A DNA stretch of 64,000 nucleotides, taken from Eukaryota sp. GEM-RC1. Taxonomy: Eukaryota. Under the pieces are notes generated by a model. It did no database searches. It saw nothing but the letters and a program-made list of their open reading frames with translations, and was not told the origin of the DNA. A program made the translations under genes and the position numbers. The DNA lies in contig JAUFOQ010000017.1 of NCBI GenBank assembly GCA_040285855.1, positions 62,001-126,000 of the forward strand, in the 5' to 3' direction. How positions within the stretch are numbered: the stretch's first letter is position 1; the number at the start of each line of letters is the position of its first letter. Of this stretch, positions 12,188-25,187 are shown in pieces.

Positions 12188-13336
12188 ATGATCACCCTCT
12201 CCAACAATGACTCAAAAGCAGCTGCTTCACTTCGACGAAGACAACAACTTGACGAGGAACGTGCTAGACGCATTCATGATGACAAATGTCGTACAATTGG
12301 TGTTGATGTTGAGGCACTAAATCAGCAAATTGAGGAAAAAAACCAACTCAGAGATACTGCTGCTCTGAATGACTTCCTATATGACAAGCAACTATGCTCA
12401 TTAGAACGACAACTCCTTTCCACAGCTGCCCTCCAAAGCAAGGCAGAGCGTGATCTACTACGCTCTCTTCAAGACTTTCGTGTTCAGCATCAAAAACCAG
12501 AGTTCTCCGATACTTATGATCTCCAAGACCACCGCTCTCATCACAACGAGGTCTCCCTCTTTGAGAAGGCTCTTCAGGATCCGTCTCTTCCCATCCCCGC
12601 TTGCTCTGCTGTTAAGTTCGATGGTGAGGACCTTGGATTTAAAGAGAGAACACGTCGTCAACAAGAAGAACTCAAGTCATGGATCAGTACTCAACTCCAA
12701 ATCAAACAGGATCAGATGGAACGACAAGCGTTAGAAGATGCTCTTTATGATCAGAAATTATTGGAGATGATTAATCAAGTCAATCAATTACAAGATGAAT
12801 CAAATGAATCGTGTCGACAGTCAATGATGAACCTCTTGAACACTAACCTGCAACTTACTAATGAAATGGACAGACGTCGTGCAGAGGAAAAACAAATAGA
12901 CCAAGAACTATCTCAAATGCATGCAGATACTGTTTGTAGATCAACTCTTATGACAGAGGATCTCAATGCAACGGTTTCTGTGCTAGATTCTAATAGGAAA
13001 GTCCCTTATAACTTTAAAGGGATGACCGAAGAAGAAGTCCAGAGAATTCTTGAAGAACGAAACAAACAATTAGAGCAGAAGCAAGAACTTATTAAAGAGT
13101 ATAACCGAATGCACAAACTGTCAGAAGCTCAGGAAATGAAGACTGTTCGTCAGTTGGAGTTGTTGGAGAGAGAACAGAAAAGGAAGGAGAAGGAACGTGC
13201 AGTTGCCTTAAGAGAAGAGCTTGATAGACAATCAAGGGAGAAGAAAGAGAAAGAGGCTCGGGAGAAGGAAAATTTAAAAAAGGAATTGATTGTTGGGGAT
13301 GATTTTTTAAATTCATTTGGCAGGGCAAACCGTTAG
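12188..13336 (+). CDS. RIBC2: RIB43A-like flagellar protofilament ribbon coiled-coil protein
   Basis: RRRQQLDEERARRIHD..RTIGVDVEALNQQIEEK, KFDGEDL, FKGMT and terminal F..FG..R motifs. Confidence 0.85.
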   Translation: MITLSNNDSKAAASLRRRQQLDEERARRIHDDKCRTIGVDVEALNQQIEEKNQLRDTAALNDFLYDKQLCSLERQLLSTAALQSKAERDLLRSLQDFRVQHQKPEFSDTYDLQDHRSHHNEVSLFEKALQDPSLPIPACSAVKFDGEDLGFKERTRRQQEELKSWISTQLQIKQDQMERQALEDALYDQKLLEMINQVNQLQDESNESCRQSMMNLLNTNLQLTNEMDRRRAEEKQIDQELSQMHADTVCRSTLMTEDLNATVSVLDSNRKVPYNFKGMTEEEVQRILEERNKQLEQKQELIKEYNRMHKLSEAQEMKTVRQLELLEREQKRKEKERAVALREELDRQSREKKEKEAREKENLKKELIVGDDFLNSFGRANR

Positions 13337-13764
13337 AGTTGATTTGAATGTATTTTACTTGTATTTTGAATTTTAAACTTTTGGGAGTTTTAATTTTAAG
13401 ACTTAAATAAATTATTGTATTATAGATTTCATTTCTCATCAATTTTGTAACAATGTCAATAAAAACTTGGCGGTCTTTTTGACTCATAATTAAAGCTATT
13501 GTAGTTGGAAAAGAACAACTGCAATTTGGGAGAATAACGTGATCAAAACAACCGATTTTTAAACCCCTTCCACATTTGAACTCACTGATTGGGAAATCAT
13601 TGACTATTAACAAAAGCCTTTTGTTTGAAAAAGTAATGATTTTGAAAAGATTCAGAATCTAAATAAGTAAAGCATAATTGAAGTCTTCCATCTCAATGAA
13701 TAAATACTGAAATATTTAAATACAAATAAGGTACAATGCAAAAAAGAAAATAAGTTACTAAAAC

Positions 13765-15120
13765 TCATCCACTTCGTTTCCAATCACCTTCCTTAGTTTT
13801 TTGATTGGTGAATATTGGTCTTGGAGGTGACGTGACATCAACACGTGTTGTTATGGGTGAATAGAAATCATTAGCAGAACAACCATAATCGTAATCAACA
13901 AAGCTGTCCGCAGAATTCAACAAAAGATCATCTTCTTTGAAATCACCTGAGCTCTGTTTGATTGGCTGGAAGAAATGACTGAGTGATAGTTGCCCTTTTG
14001 GAACAGGACTTGCCACATCTGACTGGTGATTAGACTGTAGCATTAAATGGGGAGGAGAAAACAAATCTCTAGAAGGAAAAGCAACGGGAGAAAGACAACT
14101 GGGCTTGACAGATGACGTGGGAGTTCGACAGGGTGACGTGACTGAAAGAGGTGACGTGACAGGGTCAAAATGATTTGATTTTCGAGCTTGAATGATTGGT
14201 AGAAAACCTCCAGATGTTTTTGCTTTGGATTTTGAAAAGGTCTCCTCCGCATTATCAACATTTAATAAAACTTTTGGTTCCTGCCTCACACTAAATCCGT
14301 AAAATAATTTAAAATTGTTCTTGGGCATGGCTAAACTTCTGAAGAGATTACCAATTGTCCCTGCACTCTTGGCATCAAACTCCATCGCAACTGATTGACA
14401 TCGAAAGAAGAGATCAGCGTTTTGAGGGATTGCCAGTCGCCACATTTGACTAAGAGAGTGTAACACGTCACGTATAAGTCTACTTGAGGGGACTTTGATA
14501 TCTATACGCGGTGGGATGTTGGCCTTGACCATGGCTTGACTTACTCCGGATGATATAGGTCGGAGAGTAAGCATGATGTGACTGTCAAGAGGAGCAGTAC
14601 GGTAGTGGATTGCAGTGGTTAGAAGTAGTAGAGACTCAGCAGGAAGATGTTCTGTTAAGAACTTCCAAGAGAGACATCGGCTGGTAGAAGCTGTTTCAGA
14701 AGGTGACATTACAGGAAAGGAGGAAGCAGGAAGGTTGGTGATGTTGGATCTTCGTCGGGGAGAGAGAGGTCGAAGTCCTTCAACTTTGGATATTATGAGA
14801 TCAATAGTAGCATCAGTGGATATATTCTCTTCGAGGGATTTATGGTAGATTTTCAAGAGATCTGTGGAATAATTGTGTAGAGGACGGATGTCAAGTCGAG
14901 AAGAACAAAGTTTTACTAGGTCTCGCCAGACATAACGATATATATCTTTGACTTTATCCTCGTCTAGACTAAGTGCTTCACTGAGTTTAGGGAAGAAGCG
15001 TCCATGTTTACAAAAGTGTTGTAAAAAACTCTTAACAAGTTGGTCATCAGGTGGGGCATCACCGTCGTCCCAACCAGATTCATGGTCGGAAAGTGGTGAA
15101 GCTGCAGTTTCATCAGTCAT
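13765..15120 (-). CDS. Cramped/TSL-kinase-interacting protein 1-like chromatin protein (SANT-like N-terminus)
   Basis: FCKHGRFFPKL..DKVKDIYR SANT-like segment; PPRIDIKVPSSRLIRDVLHSLSQMW resembles the CRAMP1/TKI1 conserved block; S/P-rich tail. Confidence 0.5.
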   Translation of the reverse strand: MTDETAASPLSDHESGWDDGDAPPDDQLVKSFLQHFCKHGRFFPKLSEALSLDEDKVKDIYRYVWRDLVKLCSSRLDIRPLHNYSTDLLKIYHKSLEENISTDATIDLIISKVEGLRPLSPRRRSNITNLPASSFPVMSPSETASTSRCLSWKFLTEHLPAESLLLLTTAIHYRTAPLDSHIMLTLRPISSGVSQAMVKANIPPRIDIKVPSSRLIRDVLHSLSQMWRLAIPQNADLFFRCQSVAMEFDAKSAGTIGNLFRSLAMPKNNFKLFYGFSVRQEPKVLLNVDNAEETFSKSKAKTSGGFLPIIQARKSNHFDPVTSPLSVTSPCRTPTSSVKPSCLSPVAFPSRDLFSPPHLMLQSNHQSDVASPVPKGQLSLSHFFQPIKQSSGDFKEDDLLLNSADSFVDYDYGCSANDFYSPITTRVDVTSPPRPIFTNQKTKEGDWKRSG

Positions 15121-15170
15121 CTGACGGATTTCTTGAATTTACTCAGCATGAACTTCAATACAATTTTAAC

Positions 15171-16799
15171 CATAGATGGGAAATACAACTTCATGCCTCT
15201 GTATTAATACAAATACAAATACAGATACGAATACAACGAATACAAATACACTATTTCTATCACGTGAGTGTATTTCGATTGTATTTCAGGTGGAAACATA
15301 TGTGTTACTTTGATACGACCATTGAAAATAATCAAGTATACTATGAAGTGGTAGTGCGAAAAACTTTATACGTTTCATCGTTTTGACGCTCAAAGTAGTT
15401 TTTATACTGTTTTTATACTATAGAAACTCAACAAAAACCAAATACTATGATAGAGAGTGGGTGAGCACTCAAGATAAAAATGAACTAAAAGTATACAGCT
15501 TCATCTACTGGTAGATTCAACTTTTAAGGTCTTTGATGTGATTACAGTCGGTGTTTGTAAACAAGTGTATTTAAACAAGCCACTAAGTGAAGTTTCTCCC
15601 CATATTTTTCAGAAAAATTGAAGAGAAATAAATACCATGCCCCTTGACTCACCATTTCAACGAGCACCCGTTCTATAGGAGGTTGTCGGAGATTAAGTTG
15701 TTGCGCTGATATCCGCGCAGTTGAGATGTAAACAGTATAATGGGAGAGGATGCAAGTGTTTTTGAATCAGTAGAAGTCATAACATAATCGGCAATGTAAA
15801 AAGTCTTATTGTTGTCTTGTTGTTGTTCTGACATTCAACAGTAAATGTATTGTGGAATGATATCTTATCTTATTTATTGGTTATCTTGGGTCAAAGCAAT
15901 AAATATATCTTCAATAACGACAGTAACAAATCACTAACAAGAATTTGGTCATATTCATCAACTTTAGCCTGATTGAGGTGTGAGATACTTTATTAAAATT
16001 TTCCAATAGAAATTTGATCCCATAGAGCAACAACAAGAACAGTTGCTTTCCTAACGCTTTTGAGTTCAGATTTGGTTTAGTGTTTCCTGAAGTCCTTCTT
16101 AGCTCTACTGAAAAGCATACCAGATGTCGAAGCTTTAATCGGTACCCAATAAGGTAACTTTCCTACAAAACTATGAACATCCCATATTCATATCTAGTTA
16201 CAAATATACAATATTAATCTATACATTTTAGATCTTGATTAGTTCGTTGCTGTTTACGTTTGTTCAATCTTTTATTTCATCCACAGTGACTGCATGCTCT
16301 CTGTTACTTTGGAGTTCAAATGCTTCAACACAATTCTACTTTATTCTAAATTGACATCAAGATAAAATCAGGTTACAGAAAGAAAATGAATGTTCTTGAA
16401 TTATCTTATCTTATTGAAATATATCGTATATTGTGGGGAGAGAGTGTCACAATAAGATAACAATAAATATATATATTGTTATTGAACAATATAATTATTT
16501 ATTTTACATTCCTGAACATAATTGGATGAATTGGAATTTCCTGAACACACACTTCATACTTTCATTTGTACGTACTTTTGCAGAAGAAACATTGTATTTG
16601 GTACTCAAGCGGTATTTTTATCACGTGAATCTACATTGAATATGCAAATAGATAGAATGAATAAGACTCAATAGTAATCACTAAATGCTGTTATTAAAAA
16701 AACCAAAAAAAAATACAAATAAGGGCTTTGTATTAATACAAATACAAATACAAAATACAAAATACACAGAATACATGTATTCTGTATTTCCCATCTATG
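15171..16799. mobile_element. hAT-type non-autonomous element (AATAC arrays) containing a nested element
   Basis: TIR CATAGATGGGAAATACA / TGTATTTCCCATCTATG; perfect TSD ATTTTAAC (15163-15170, 16800-16807). Confidence 0.92.
15789..16514. mobile_element. Nested hAT-type MITE (TCTTA motif) carrying a retroposon 3'-end fragment
   Basis: TIR CGGCAATGTAAAA / TTTTACATTCCTG; perfect TSD AACATAAT (15781-15788, 16515-16522); CCCAATAAGGTAACTTTCCTACAAAACTATGAA at ~16145 is shared with ~49500 and ~57355. Confidence 0.75.
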
Positions 16800-16965
16800 A
16801 TTTTAACCACCAATTTTGACAACTTACATTCATATTTATGGCAAAGATTCTTGATCTATTCCAAATCCTTTGAACATCATCTTATAACTAAACTTTCTTT
16901 AAAGGATATCTCCCATACCCCTAATTGGATGAGATACTCTCAATTTCTTAATACTTGACAGCTCA

Positions 16966-19900
16966 ATGCGTCGTTTGCTTATTCTTATACTGCTATTCTC
17001 AATCGTGATCTCTGAAGTCTACATCAAATCGTATCCCTCTCGTTTAGATGAAAAGTTCTCTCCAAAACCCCTGTCAAACTTCGTACAAGACGGCAATTCC
17101 CTCATTCAAGTCATTGTCTCTGTTTCCCCTCTCTCCCACATCACTTCTCTCTTATCCGATCACGTCATTCTAGGAGATTTCATCCCTACAAACTCCTTTA
17201 TCCTCTACATTTCTAAACCTTCTGTTATTTCCTCCTTTGAAGACGATCCAATGGTCACTTCAATCATTCCATTTGATCCCTTCTTACGAGTTTCCCCCTG
17301 AACTTCGCTCCCTTACCCATTCCTCTTCTAAATTTGATCGTTCTGAAGTCACAATCCTTGTAGTTCTTGTTCCTTCCAGAGCCAGACAACAGTCAATCCA
17401 GGATATCATATCATCTCTATCTCTTCCCTCTCTCAAAGTTCTGTCCCCAGATCGATTCTCTCTCTCCTTTCCTCTCTCAGACCTCCACTCAACCATTGAA
17501 CTTCTCTCCAAGAAACCCTTTGTTCATTGGATAGAGTCAGCCCCGTACTCTTCACCCACAACAACATTGGTACGACTACTGCCTTTGGATCCACCGAGTC
17601 CATGGAAAGGTTTTATGAGAAGGAACTTACTGGGGAAGGGGAAGTGGTGGGAGTATCAGACACTGGACTTGATGAGAATTCTTGTTTTTCCGTGATAGTC
17701 AGCATGATTTTCCCTTTGATGACGTCAACCTCAATCACAGGAAAGTGGTGACGTATAGAGTGCTAGGTGATCGTGTTGACACTCCTAATGGTCATGGAAC
17801 GCACGTGTCAGGATCAATAGCAGGACACGCAGAATCATTTACAAATAATGAGGAATTATTAAATATTTCTGGAATCGCTTTTAACTCAAAACTTGCCTTT
17901 ACTGATATGGCAGTTGGTCCACTCCTTGTAGATCCAGGAGATCTTTACAACAACCTTTTCTTACCTCATTATGACGAAGTTGGAGCTAGAATCTACTCTA
18001 ATTCATGGGGAACGTCATCTCAGTTTTACACTACTCACTCAAGAGATGTTGATTCTTTCGTATGGGATCATAAGGACTTTTTACCAATATTTGCTGCTGG
18101 AAACGATGGTAGAGACGGGTACTCAACTTTGGCGGCACCTTCTAATAGTAAGAATTGTCTTAGTGTTGGTGCTGTACAAACTTCTCAAGCAGGGTACATA
18201 GATGCTTGTTGTACTAACGATCGTTGTTGTGGCGACATTAACCACATTAGAGACAATCCCCATCGATACTCAGTCTCTAACTTAGCCACTTTCAGTAGTA
18301 AAGGACCAACTTCTGACTTAAGAGTAAAACCAGACATTCTGATGGTAGGCGGTCCTCTAAAGTCAGCGAGAAGTCAACGTGATGACGAGCATTGTGATTC
18401 GACCTTCATGCAGGGAACCTCAATGGCAACTCCTCTTGTAGCTGGATCTGCTGCTATTGTTCGACAGTATTTCCTTACAGGATTCCACCTCAATACTTCC
18501 TTTAACCCATCTTCATCCCTTTTAAAAGCTGTTTTATTTGCTGGATCTGTTCCAGTCTCTACTGATTCCTCAATGACTCCAGTTCCAAGAGCTCCTAGCC
18601 CAGCTCAAGGTCAGGGTAGGTTGAATTTAACTAGAAGTTTACCACTTGATGATTCTCATTTCTTGTTTGTTGTTGATGATGATGAGTTTGATGACGTTGA
18701 TGATTTATTTGAGTATTTTGTCAGAGTTGAAGACTTTTCTTCTGATTTTCCTCTTCGTTTTGTATTAACTTGGGTGGATCCCCCAGCTGCCGTTTTTAGT
18801 ACTTTCACTCTAGTAAATGATCTCGACTTGATTGTGATTGACCCCAATCAGAATGTCCATTACGGCAATATGAAATCTACGCGTGATGTATTAAACAACG
18901 TGGAAGTTATCTCTGATTTAAATACATCTGGACTTTATAGAGTTATTATTTCAGCAACACGTCTTGCAACACGTCCTCAGTCTTTCTCATTAGTCGTGAT
19001 TGGTTTCCGTGGGCAGAACTTATCACGTGACCATGATGACGTCACCACTTTCCTATCTCAGTGTCCTTTGAACTGTTCTTCTCGTGGTGATTGTACTGAT
19101 GGTTTCTGTGATTGTGAATCTGGTTGGACTGGAAGTGGCTGTGAGCTCTCACGTTGCCATGATTCTTGCTCCAATCATGGTGATTGCATTAATGGCGAGT
19201 GTGACTGTCATCCTGGATTTGGATTGGCTTTTGATTGCTCAGTCGGATTCTGTCGTGATACTGCCTCTTTCAGGCAACGTGATGGGATCATTACTGACCA
19301 CTCTAACTTTGATGGATTTAGCACTTATCAAATCAATATGGATTGTGGCTGGCTCATTCAACCTGATGACGTCGACAGCTCAGATATCATTGTTCTTGAG
19401 TTTTCTCGATTTGATTTGGAAGAGAGGTTTGATTTTGTCGAGGTTTTTGACGGTCACTCACCGGATTCTTCTCGAATTGGTTCTTTTACTGGGTCAGGAA
19501 TACCACCTCCAGTCAGAAGTAGTGGACAGGAAATGTTTGTGAGATTTAGAAGTGATTCTTCTGTCAATAAGCATGGATTTGAAGCATTCTTTTCAACTAA
19601 AACTCGGAATGACGTGTTTCCCGAGTTTGATTGCTTTGGGGTTGGTAATTACTCATCGGAATCATCGACTTGTGATTGTGAGCGAGGTTTTTCAGGACCT
19701 TTCTGTTCTGAAATTGATTGCAATGATGACGTTTTTGATCTTGATACTTACACTTATTCCTTTGAGTTTACTTCCAACGCTGACCCTACACCTCCTCGCG
19801 GTGCTCTCTCTTCAACAAACATTTCCTTTGGAGGTCCTGTTTCTCGATGGAGGGTGAGACCTGTTGATAACAATGCAGCAACTATTGGCGTGGTTTCCAA

Positions 19901-20402
19901 TGAGTTGACTGTCACGTGTGCAGCTGGTGATGATCCCAATCAAAAAAGATTGGGCACTGGTAGTGTGAGTGGAATTGAGATTGGTGATGCCGGTCATCAG
20001 ATCATTATTGATCTCAATCATGGAGCAATGCGGTTTGAATCGATATTCTTCCATTCAACAAGTGAGCCATATTCAATCAGATTGTTAGTGATGAATTTGG
20101 AAGGTGACGTGTTGCACCAGTTTTTAACTACTGGAGAAGAAATCGATGGTTGTTCTAACTCACAATTGTATTGTGGAAAGTTGGAGTGGAATAGAAGTAA
20201 TAATAATGATTCGCAACTAGCCTTTAGATTTGAAATAGCTTCGGAAGGTAATGATCCCTTTGTAATTGATGACGTGATGATTACTTCTGAGTGTTCTGGG
20301 TTTAGTTTACCTACGACTTCTATTTTCGTATTTTTGATTGGATTCTTTGTATTGCTTTTTTACTGCGATTGCTTAAACAATATCAATTCATCAAATAAAT
20401 AA
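16966..20402 (+). CDS. Membrane-anchored subtilisin-like S8 protease (KP-43/TagC-like) with EGF repeats and a CUB domain
   Basis: Signal peptide; triad motifs VSDTG, HGTHVSG, GTSMATP; AAGN; EGF Cys repeats; CUB (C.W.I..FDLE..FDFVEVFDG); C-terminal TM; three homopolymer frameshifts in the 5' part. Confidence 0.92.
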
Positions 20403-20506
20403 TGATCAAAAATGAATATTTTATAATTTAAAAATCTGATTGAATTGGCCAATTGATATAAAACAATGGCGATATAATTCCACAAAAAAACTACTAAAGA
20501 CTATAA

Positions 20507-22678
20507 TTAAGCAAACAACTTCCTCTTGATAGGAGCTCGTTCTGAGAACACAATTTCAGAAACATCAGTGCTAGGTTGTTCTACAACAAAGAATTGATCG
20601 AGCAGAAATCGTGTGACGAATATTGAAGAAAACTTCTTCAAAACGAAAACACCACCTTCATTGGTCGATTGATTTTCTACTAAATCTCTTTTAATTTCTG
20701 GAAACAATTCTGTTAATTCTAACTGATTGAACTAGAGATGGGGCTGAGTGACTACGTCTGATAAGTTGGCCAATGGTTTTCTCAATAGTAATAGTTTTAG
20801 GATCCTTGGGTGGTCTTTCCTCTCTCGTATCAATCAATAGACCTAAATGGTCTAAATCAAAGAACAAAATGACGTCAGAAAAGCTCAAACTCAACAAGCT
20901 TTGTCCATCCTTAGTAGAAACAAAACCAATTGATCTACAATGATAGCCTTGCAGAGCTTTTCCTATAACAACTTCAGGCATGGCTAAATTCAATGAGTTC
21001 ATAATCTCTTGGTTGTGAGCAAATCTGTCCACGCTTAAAACAACAATGGTATTAAGAGAAGTTGTTAGATAAATAGACGAACTTGACCAATGGAAAGTAA
21101 CAGAGGAGATAACTGGAAGGTCTTCCTTGGTCAATGAATTTTGATCTGATGACGAGTCAGTGGTGATTAGAACTGAGCCTAAATGAGTAGCACTATCAAA
21201 ATTGATTAGAGTGAGCTCTGAGTGGGATGTGATTGCTAGGAAATTGAAATCATCTGATACCTTTGAACCAGTGATTGGCAGAGGTAAATCAATCTTACGA
21301 TCATGGAAATTTCCATAATCAAGAGACATTCGATAAAGAAAGCCCTTGTAGTTATAACAAATAAAAATCAAATTGAGCACCAAACTCGAAAAACAATACT
21401 CCGTCAGATATTTCAGGAATTAAAGAGAGTTCTTGAGGCTCGTTGTCCTGCGAAAGGTCCCAAATAGAACAAAATAGTGGGGAAAAGATGGCAAAATACA
21501 GTCCTGATTTTGATAACTTAACCCCAGAAACTCCTTTTAATCTAGAAGGAAGTTTAATTTCCATATCAAATGAATAAGTTCCATCTAATAGAGAATATAA
21601 ACAAAGACGATGACATCTTGGTTTGTAAACGATCATCTTTGCTACTCTGGTGGTAACGTCAACAATGTCCACAAAATTTGAATTTTTAAAATAATCCAAC
21701 TTTACAGGTGTTTGCAGCATCTTTGTCTTCCTCGCACTTCCACAAACTACATTACCATCAAACCCTGAGAAACAATAGAAACCTCCGTCAACTGGAAGTA
21801 GCCAATGAAAGACCGTCATGTAAGTGGACTTTATCAACTGACAGCAAGATCCACGTGTCATTAGTTTTCTCAATAAATCCAATCTTCCCGTCAAGTCCAG
21901 CCACCACTATACGATCTTCTGACCTAGCGAGACCAACAACAGGACCATCAAAGATAGTATCAAACGAAGCTATGCAACCTTCCATTGAATAGATAGAGAC
22001 AACTCCGTGGTGATCTCCAGCAATGAAAGTACCATCAGGGAGGATTAGAGTAGCTCTAATGGGATGAGGGGTGTTAGAGGAAGCACATAGAAGGTTTGGA
22101 TGACTAGAGGGAAGGTGCATTGATCTGAGACCACCGTGAGCATCACCAAAGAGGATGGTATCTGATTGAGGAAGGACAGCCATGGAGACAACGTAAGAGG
22201 AGATGCGAGGGAAGGCTCTGCGGTAGTAAGGTTCAAGAGAGGTAGATAAGAGGATGTTGTCTTCGGGGATGTCGAATATACGGATACATCCGTCTTCACA
22301 ACCTGCAAGGAAAGAAGAAGGATGTCGTGGATGAGGAGCTATACAGAATACAGCACCACCAAAAGAAGAAGAAGGGGTGGAAGGTCTTAGATTAGTGTTA
22401 GGATCATATGTGTGAAGAGTTCCTGCTAAAGTACCAACAACAAGAAGCGGATGTCCGGTTGTTCTTCTAACAAAAGTCATGGAGATGACTTTGGTACCGA
22501 TAGGGCATGGAAGGCTGTGAGAGAAGGACCAGCCGTGTTTAGGGAGCCATATTTCGATCTGACGAGATTCTCTTAAAACAGCCAGTTGGTTTCCATCAGG
22601 AGAAAAGGCTACTACATTGGCTGCTGCTGGAGCCCATTTAAGAAACCTACAACTCGTTGTTTGGACTTTGTTTACCAT
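20507..22678 (-). CDS. UTP4: WD40 protein, probably UTP4/cirhin (SSU processome); several frameshifts
   Basis: CRFLKWAPAA..AFS...LAVLRE...IEIW N-terminus, and GGAVFCI..LAGCEDGCIRIF. Confidence 0.7.
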
Positions 22679-23302
22679 AAATTCTGGAGTGGGACAAAAG
22701 AATTTCTTTTCTTTTCTTTTTTGCTCTTGATTACACTAACCCTATTTTTGTTCTTAGCTTGTTGTATCTGTTGTAAACAAATTTGCGAACAAATGTTCAG
22801 TAAAAGAGAAACACTAGAATTAATACAGCAGTGCTGATGTATTAATTTAATACATTTAGATGTATGTACAACGGACTACCGTTTTGCTTTAGTTTCTTAA
22901 ATACAGTATTGTAAATTCAATTTAGTTTCCCACCAACTGTTAATTCCTAAAGTCCAGGGGTGTTTGTCTTGGTCACTGTTTTACAGCTTCAATTGATAAT
23001 GACAATGGCTCACTTGACATTTAAGACTACCAAGGAATAAACTCCTGGTACAAAATCCACATAAGGACATTATTTCCGAAACCTGAATGTCAGGACTTTG
23101 TTCAATACATTACAGTCTTTTCCGGTACCTATTTACATTGTAGTTAATTCAAAAGGAAAAAAAGTTTATTGATGGACCGTACAAAAATACATACTGTATC
23201 ATAATAACAGCTATTCAAACAGAAAGTCTTTGTGTTAAAATTTGACTCCCCAACAGATTCACACTTGTTGAAGAAGCCTCATCAAGGCCATCCCTCAAGG
23301 AT

Positions 23303-24706
23303 ATGGAGACTGTTCAAGACCTGATGAAGGCAACAACTCAACGTCATGACCACCTTTTAGTCCCTTCTTCAGCCCTACCTTCTGTCAACACTCAATCAAT
23401 ATCACTGCAAAGCTCTACATTTCTTTCCGTCGTCTCTCACATCAAGTGCATTGCTGTCAATAGTCCAGTTGATGAACATAATCTCCCTTACTACTCCTAC
23501 AGTCAATGTCGTTCTTTCTTTAGACCTTTGTACATTGATGACGTCAACCCTATCTTTAAGTCAGTGAGCATCAGATTCCGAGCACTTTTCCTTGTCTTCC
23601 TCGCTAGAATCTCTGTCAGGCTTCCTCTTAGTCTGACTACTGTTTCTCATCTAGATATTGCCGATCTTATTCGTTTAAATGCGAAGTTCCATATTAAGGA
23701 ACGTTTCTCGTATATTCTTCGATTCAAGCAACTGTCGGATTTGATTGCTTCCAATACGTCATCAGTAGAGCTCATATCTAATTCCAACAACTGGCTTCAT
23801 TTTCTATCGAAAGCTACTCCGATACGTGTTTCAGCTTCAATGAGCGTGTTTTCTAATTGGTGGAATGTTGTTGATTTAAGATCTGTTCATTTTGTTAAAT
23901 TATTTGACGTTCCGACTCATAATTTTTCCTTTTCATTTTCTATGTTTGAAAATTTGCAAGTTTTGGATGCCAGCATGACATCTTTAGAATCTTTAGATTT
24001 TTTAAAATACTCAACCAGTCTTAAAGTTTTAATTTTAGCTGACACACTTGTGGAAGATATTTCACCATTGTCATTTTTAAAAAATTTGGTATATTTAAAT
24101 CTCGACAATACTAATGTTGGTGATTTATCTTCACTGTCAAGGTTGAGTGAATTAAAAGTCTTGTTGCTCTCAAACACTTTTGTCACTAATTTAAAATTTC
24201 TTCAAAATTTAAGGAATCTCGACAAATTGCAAATTTCTTCGACTTCTGTTTTCGTTCTCTCTTCATTATCTCAACTGTCAAATCTCCGTGTTTTAGATTT
24301 ACATAATAGTTCTAATTTAGTCACTTTACAACATTTTTCTACATTGTATGCTCTTGAAAAATTAGTTGTTTCTAGTACTAAAATTACTGACTTGGCACCC
24401 TTGTCTTTGTTAACAAAATTAGTTTACTTGGACCTTGGTTACACGGAAGTAGTTGATTTAACACCTCTCATGGTTTTAAATTTGGAAATTTTAATTTTGT
24501 GGAATTGTAAATTGATTCAAGATATTTCCCCATTGGCTGAACTTCAGTATTTACAGTCGTTATATATGGCTTATGTTACAGTTGATGTGTCGTGTTTATC
24601 GGATTTGAAATATCTCAAAATATTGTTCTGTGATTGGAATCTTCCAGGATTAGAAGTCTTGCGTGAGATTCCTGGAATTGAATTTCAGTTTACTTCTAGT
24701 TCTTAG
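23303..24706 (+). CDS. Leucine-rich repeat protein (internalin/SDS22-like)
   Basis: About ten LxxLxxLxLxxTxVxDLxPL repeats. Confidence 0.85.
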   Translation: METVQDLMKATTQRHDHLLVPSSALPSVNTQSISLQSSTFLSVVSHIKCIAVNSPVDEHNLPYYSYSQCRSFFRPLYIDDVNPIFKSVSIRFRALFLVFLARISVRLPLSLTTVSHLDIADLIRLNAKFHIKERFSYILRFKQLSDLIASNTSSVELISNSNNWLHFLSKATPIRVSASMSVFSNWWNVVDLRSVHFVKLFDVPTHNFSFSFSMFENLQVLDASMTSLESLDFLKYSTSLKVLILADTLVEDISPLSFLKNLVYLNLDNTNVGDLSSLSRLSELKVLLLSNTFVTNLKFLQNLRNLDKLQISSTSVFVLSSLSQLSNLRVLDLHNSSNLVTLQHFSTLYALEKLVVSSTKITDLAPLSLLTKLVYLDLGYTEVVDLTPLMVLNLEILILWNCKLIQDISPLAELQYLQSLYMAYVTVDVSCLSDLKYLKILFCDWNLPGLEVLREIPGIEFQFTSSS

Positions 24707-25187
24707 TATTTCAATTCTTTTGTATTAATATATGTATATGTTTTTGTTTGTTTTTCTTGGCGTTTCTTTAGGTGTATGTTTAATAGTCTGTTGTTAAACT
24801 GTATTAGTCTAAATAACGTCAAAAAGAAATTGCCCTATAAAAGCAACTTTCCTATTACCATTTGTATCAGCGTTTTGACATCTACAGGTATACAAGATTT
24901 GAATTCAATGAACATCCTAGTCGCTGTTTTGATTGAGTTGGACAATCGAGTACAAATATCAAATGGTGTTGCAGAAAGAAATAATTGTTAATAACTTTTT
25001 TTGAAAGTGGAGTTTACCTAACTGAGTGAGCTGATGAATATCTCTTCAAATTGTAAACAATTTCAGACAAATTCAAATTGCCTCCGAAATATTCGTCTAA
25101 AATCGGTTTCAACCAATCCAATTTAATCATGATAACAACCAACGCGTTGTTTATTTAAATAAAGTACAAAATTATGATTTAAAATTA

